DNA of 64,000 nt from the NCBI GenBank assembly GCA_963755915.1, contig CAVWLP010000002.1, positions 1,440,001 through 1,504,000 on the forward strand. Reading direction: 5' to 3'. This stretch comes from an uncultured Phycisphaerales bacterium. Its GTDB lineage: Bacteria; Planctomycetota; Phycisphaerae; Tepidisphaerales; Tepidisphaeraceae. How positions within the stretch are numbered: position 1 is the first letter of the stretch; the number at the start of each line of letters is the position of its first letter. Of this stretch, positions 61,621-64,000 are shown in pieces. Below the pieces are notes generated by a model. The model was not told the origin of the DNA and made no database searches. It saw only the letters and a list, made by a program, of their open reading frames with translations. Position numbers and translations under genes: made by a program.

Positions 61621-63198
61621 TCACCCCGGAATCAGGCTTTTCCCGCTCATTTCCGCGGGTTGCGGCAGGCCCATCATCTTCAGTGCCGTGGGGGCCACAT
61701 CCGCAAGCCTTCCACCGTCCACCAGCTTCCGGCCCTTAAATCGGTCGTCCACTACAATCACCTCCACATCATAAGTCGTATGCGCGGTGTGCGGGCCGCC
61801 CGTCGTCGGGTCGATCATCTGCTCGCAATTGCCATGGTCCGCCAGAATGATCAGCGTTCCACCCTGTTTCTTCACCGCCTCCACGATCTTCCCGACGCAT
61901 TCGTCCACGACTTCAACCGCCTTGATTGCCGCCGCCAGCACCCCCGTATGCCCCACCATGTCTCCGTTCGCGAAGTTCACCACGATCAGGTCATACATCC
62001 CGCTCTCCACGCGTTTCAGCACTTCCGCACAAACCCCCGGCGCGCTCATCTCCGGCTTCTGGTCATACGTCGTCACCTCCTTCGGCGATGGAATAATCTG
62101 CCGATCCTCCCCCGCGAAGGGCTCTTCACGATAATCATTGAAAAAAAATGTTACGTGCGGAAATTTCTCCGTCTCCGCGCAGCGGAACTGCTTCAGCCCC
62201 AATCCGCTCACATATTCCCCCAGAATATTTATCATCTTCGGCGGCTTCGGATACGCCACGTGCACCGGCAATCCTTCCTCGTATGCCGTCATCGTGCAGT
62301 AATAAATATCGAGCCTCTTCCCCCGATCAAATCCCTTGAAGTCCGGCATCACAAAGGCCTTGGTAATCTCCCGCGGACGATCGCCCCGATAATTATAAAA
62401 AATAATCGTGTCCTCATCCTTCACCACCGCGCGCGGCGTCTGCCCGTCATCGCATATCACCGACGGTGTCACGAATTCATCCCCGGACATGTTCGGCTCC
62501 GAGGGATGCTCGTAATAGTTCTGCACCGCCTCCTGCGCCGACTTGAATTTTGGCCCCGCCCCCTTCACCAGCGCCGCATACGCCTTCTCCACCCGGTTCC
62601 ACCGGTTGTCGCGGTCCATCGCCCAATATCTGCCGCTTACGCTGGCGATCTTCCCCACCCCCAGCTCCTTCATTTTCGCCTCAATTTGCCCGATAAATCC
62701 GATCCCGCTGTTGGGCGGCGTGTCGCGCCCGTCCATGAACGCATGCACAAAAACCGCCTTCGCTCCCTTCCGCTTGCACAGCTCCAAACACGCATATAAA
62801 TGCTCCAGCCGCGCATGTACGCCGGCATCGCTCGCCAGACCCAGCATGTGTACCGCCCCCTTCTTCTGGACCGCGCTCTCCACGGCCGCATTCAGGTCCC
62901 GGTTCTGGAAAAATTCCCCCGTGCGAATCTGCTTGGTGATCGCCACCGATTCCTGGTCGACGATTCTCCCCGCCCCGATGTTCTGGTGCCCCACTTCGCT
63001 GTTGCCCATCGTCCCCTCCGGCAGCCCCACGTCGAACCCGCTGGTGTGGATCAGCGTCGTCGGATATTCCGCCATCAATCGGTCCGCCACCGGATGCTTC
63101 GCGAGATACACCGCGTTCGCGTTGTTCCATTTCGGATACGGATTTTTTCCCCAACCATCGCGCACAATGATCACACACGGACGTTTTTCAATTCGCAT
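61621..63198 (-). CDS. gpmI: 2,3-BPG-independent phosphoglycerate mutase
   Basis: MGNSEVGH, GRYWAMDRD, AETEK, DMVGHTG and ADHGN motifs. Confidence 0.97.
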   Translation of the reverse strand: MRIEKRPCVIIVRDGWGKNPYPKWNNANAVYLAKHPVADRLMAEYPTTLIHTSGFDVGLPEGTMGNSEVGHQNIGAGRIVDQESVAITKQIRTGEFFQNRDLNAAVESAVQKKGAVHMLGLASDAGVHARLEHLYACLELCKRKGAKAVFVHAFMDGRDTPPNSGIGFIGQIEAKMKELGVGKIASVSGRYWAMDRDNRWNRVEKAYAALVKGAGPKFKSAQEAVQNYYEHPSEPNMSGDEFVTPSVICDDGQTPRAVVKDEDTIIFYNYRGDRPREITKAFVMPDFKGFDRGKRLDIYYCTMTAYEEGLPVHVAYPKPPKMINILGEYVSGLGLKQFRCAETEKFPHVTFFFNDYREEPFAGEDRQIIPSPKEVTTYDQKPEMSAPGVCAEVLKRVESGMYDLIVVNFANGDMVGHTGVLAAAIKAVEVVDECVGKIVEAVKKQGGTLIILADHGNCEQMIDPTTGGPHTAHTTYDVEVIVVDDRFKGRKLVDGGRLADVAPTALKMMGLPQPAEMSGKSLIPG

Positions 63199-63258
63199 TT
63201 TTGAAGCCTCTCAAAAAATTTCGACGGTGATCTTACTCGACATTCTTTAAAAAAAGCG

Positions 63259-63287
63259 TTGACGCGAAATTTTTAGCAGCGTACATT
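63259..63287 (+). promoter_or_regulatory. Sigma70-type promoter
   Basis: TTGACG-N17-TACATT. Confidence 0.65.
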
Positions 63288-63318
63288 TGTCATTTGATGA
63301 AAGGAGGTGATTCCGTAT

Positions 63319-63375
63319 ATGGCAAAGAAGAAGCCCGCTAAGAAGGCGAAAAAGAAGACGACCAAGAAGAAGTAA
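63319..63375 (+). CDS. 18-aa Lys-rich micropeptide MAKKKPAKKAKKKTTKKK
   Basis: Full-consensus SD AAGGAGGTGA at 63301-10; promoter upstream; terminator downstream. Confidence 0.7.
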   Translation: MAKKKPAKKAKKKTTKKK

Positions 63376-63504
63376 CGCGATCTAATATCGCGACCCGGGC
63401 GCGTGGCTCCCTACGTTCCGCCCGGCAGTACTTGGTCTCGTGTCTCGTAGTTCATAACCTTAAACCTCTGCGGCCTTGGCTCCAATCTTAGGCCACGGAA
63501 CATC

Positions 63505-63545
63505 GAAGAAAGCTTCCCTGCCACGGCGGAAGCTTTCTTCTTTTT
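63505..63545 (+). terminator. Intrinsic terminator
   Basis: GAAGAAAGCTTCC..GGAAGCTTTCTTC-TTTTT. Confidence 0.75.
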
Positions 63546-63615
63546 GGCCCGCCGCTATTTCCGTCCCCACCTCTTGTAAAGAGCCGACATCGTCCGATAA
63601 TTACCCCACCAACGC

Positions 63616-64000
63616 ATGAGGACAATTGCGTTCATGAATCAGAAGGGAGGCGTCGGCAAGACCACCACCGCGGTCAACCTCGCCGCCGCCCTTGCCGAAT
63701 CCGGAAAAAAAAATCTGCATGGTCGATCTCGACCCGCAGGCGCACCTCACCATCAATTGCGGCCTCAACCCCTCGCCCGACCTCATCAGCCTCTACCAGG
63801 TCCTCGTCGACGGCCATCCTCTCCTCAGCGCCCTTCAAAACGTCGGCAAGAACCTGGCCGTTCTCCCCGGCAGCATTGATCTCGCCGCCGCCGAAGTTGA
63901 GCTCGTCAACGTCCCCGGCCGCCAGACCCTGCTCAAGGACCGCATCCAGGCCGCCCAGCTCGAATTCGATTTCCTCATCATGGACTGCCCCCCCAGCCTC
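63616..64000 (+). CDS. ParA/Soj-family ATPase (partial; frameshift in A-run ~63710)
   Basis: [15 protein letters not shown] and IMDCPPSL motifs. Confidence 0.9.

Overview
GC-rich bacterial chromosomal window, most consistent with a Planctomycetota (Phycisphaerae-like) genome. This assignment is inferred from gene content (PEP-CTERM protein, CxxCxYNLR Zn-ribbon membrane protein, DUF2294/DUF3185/CsrA cluster), not from a marker gene. The housekeeping backbone includes sppA, argG, rarA, nusA-infB-DUF503-rbfA, hisG, yebC, dnaX-ybaB, bshB1, arfB, gpmI and a parA-like gene. Many of these carry single-base frameshifts that are best explained as sequencing errors. Four IS insertions have clear ends and target duplications: two IS4-family copies, an IS21 inside an emrA-like gene, and an IS1-family element with toxin-antitoxin-like cargo inside a GT87 gene. 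The most striking signal is in the 9.7-14.6 kb small-gene island. There, three copies of an approximately 110-nt structured leader with compensatory changes and mutually exclusive antiterminator/terminator pairings sit among two DUF2294 (MpsC-family) genes and a csrA homolog, forming a candidate undescribed attenuation system. Other notable points: both IS4 copies carry the same in-frame TAG before the catalytic Glu and insert at the same position of a conserved palindromic repeat; dnaX has an A10 slippery site; an 18-aa Lys-rich micropeptide has its own promoter; and a 189-bp TA-ended MITE is present. All family assignments come from motif recognition by eye, with no database search.
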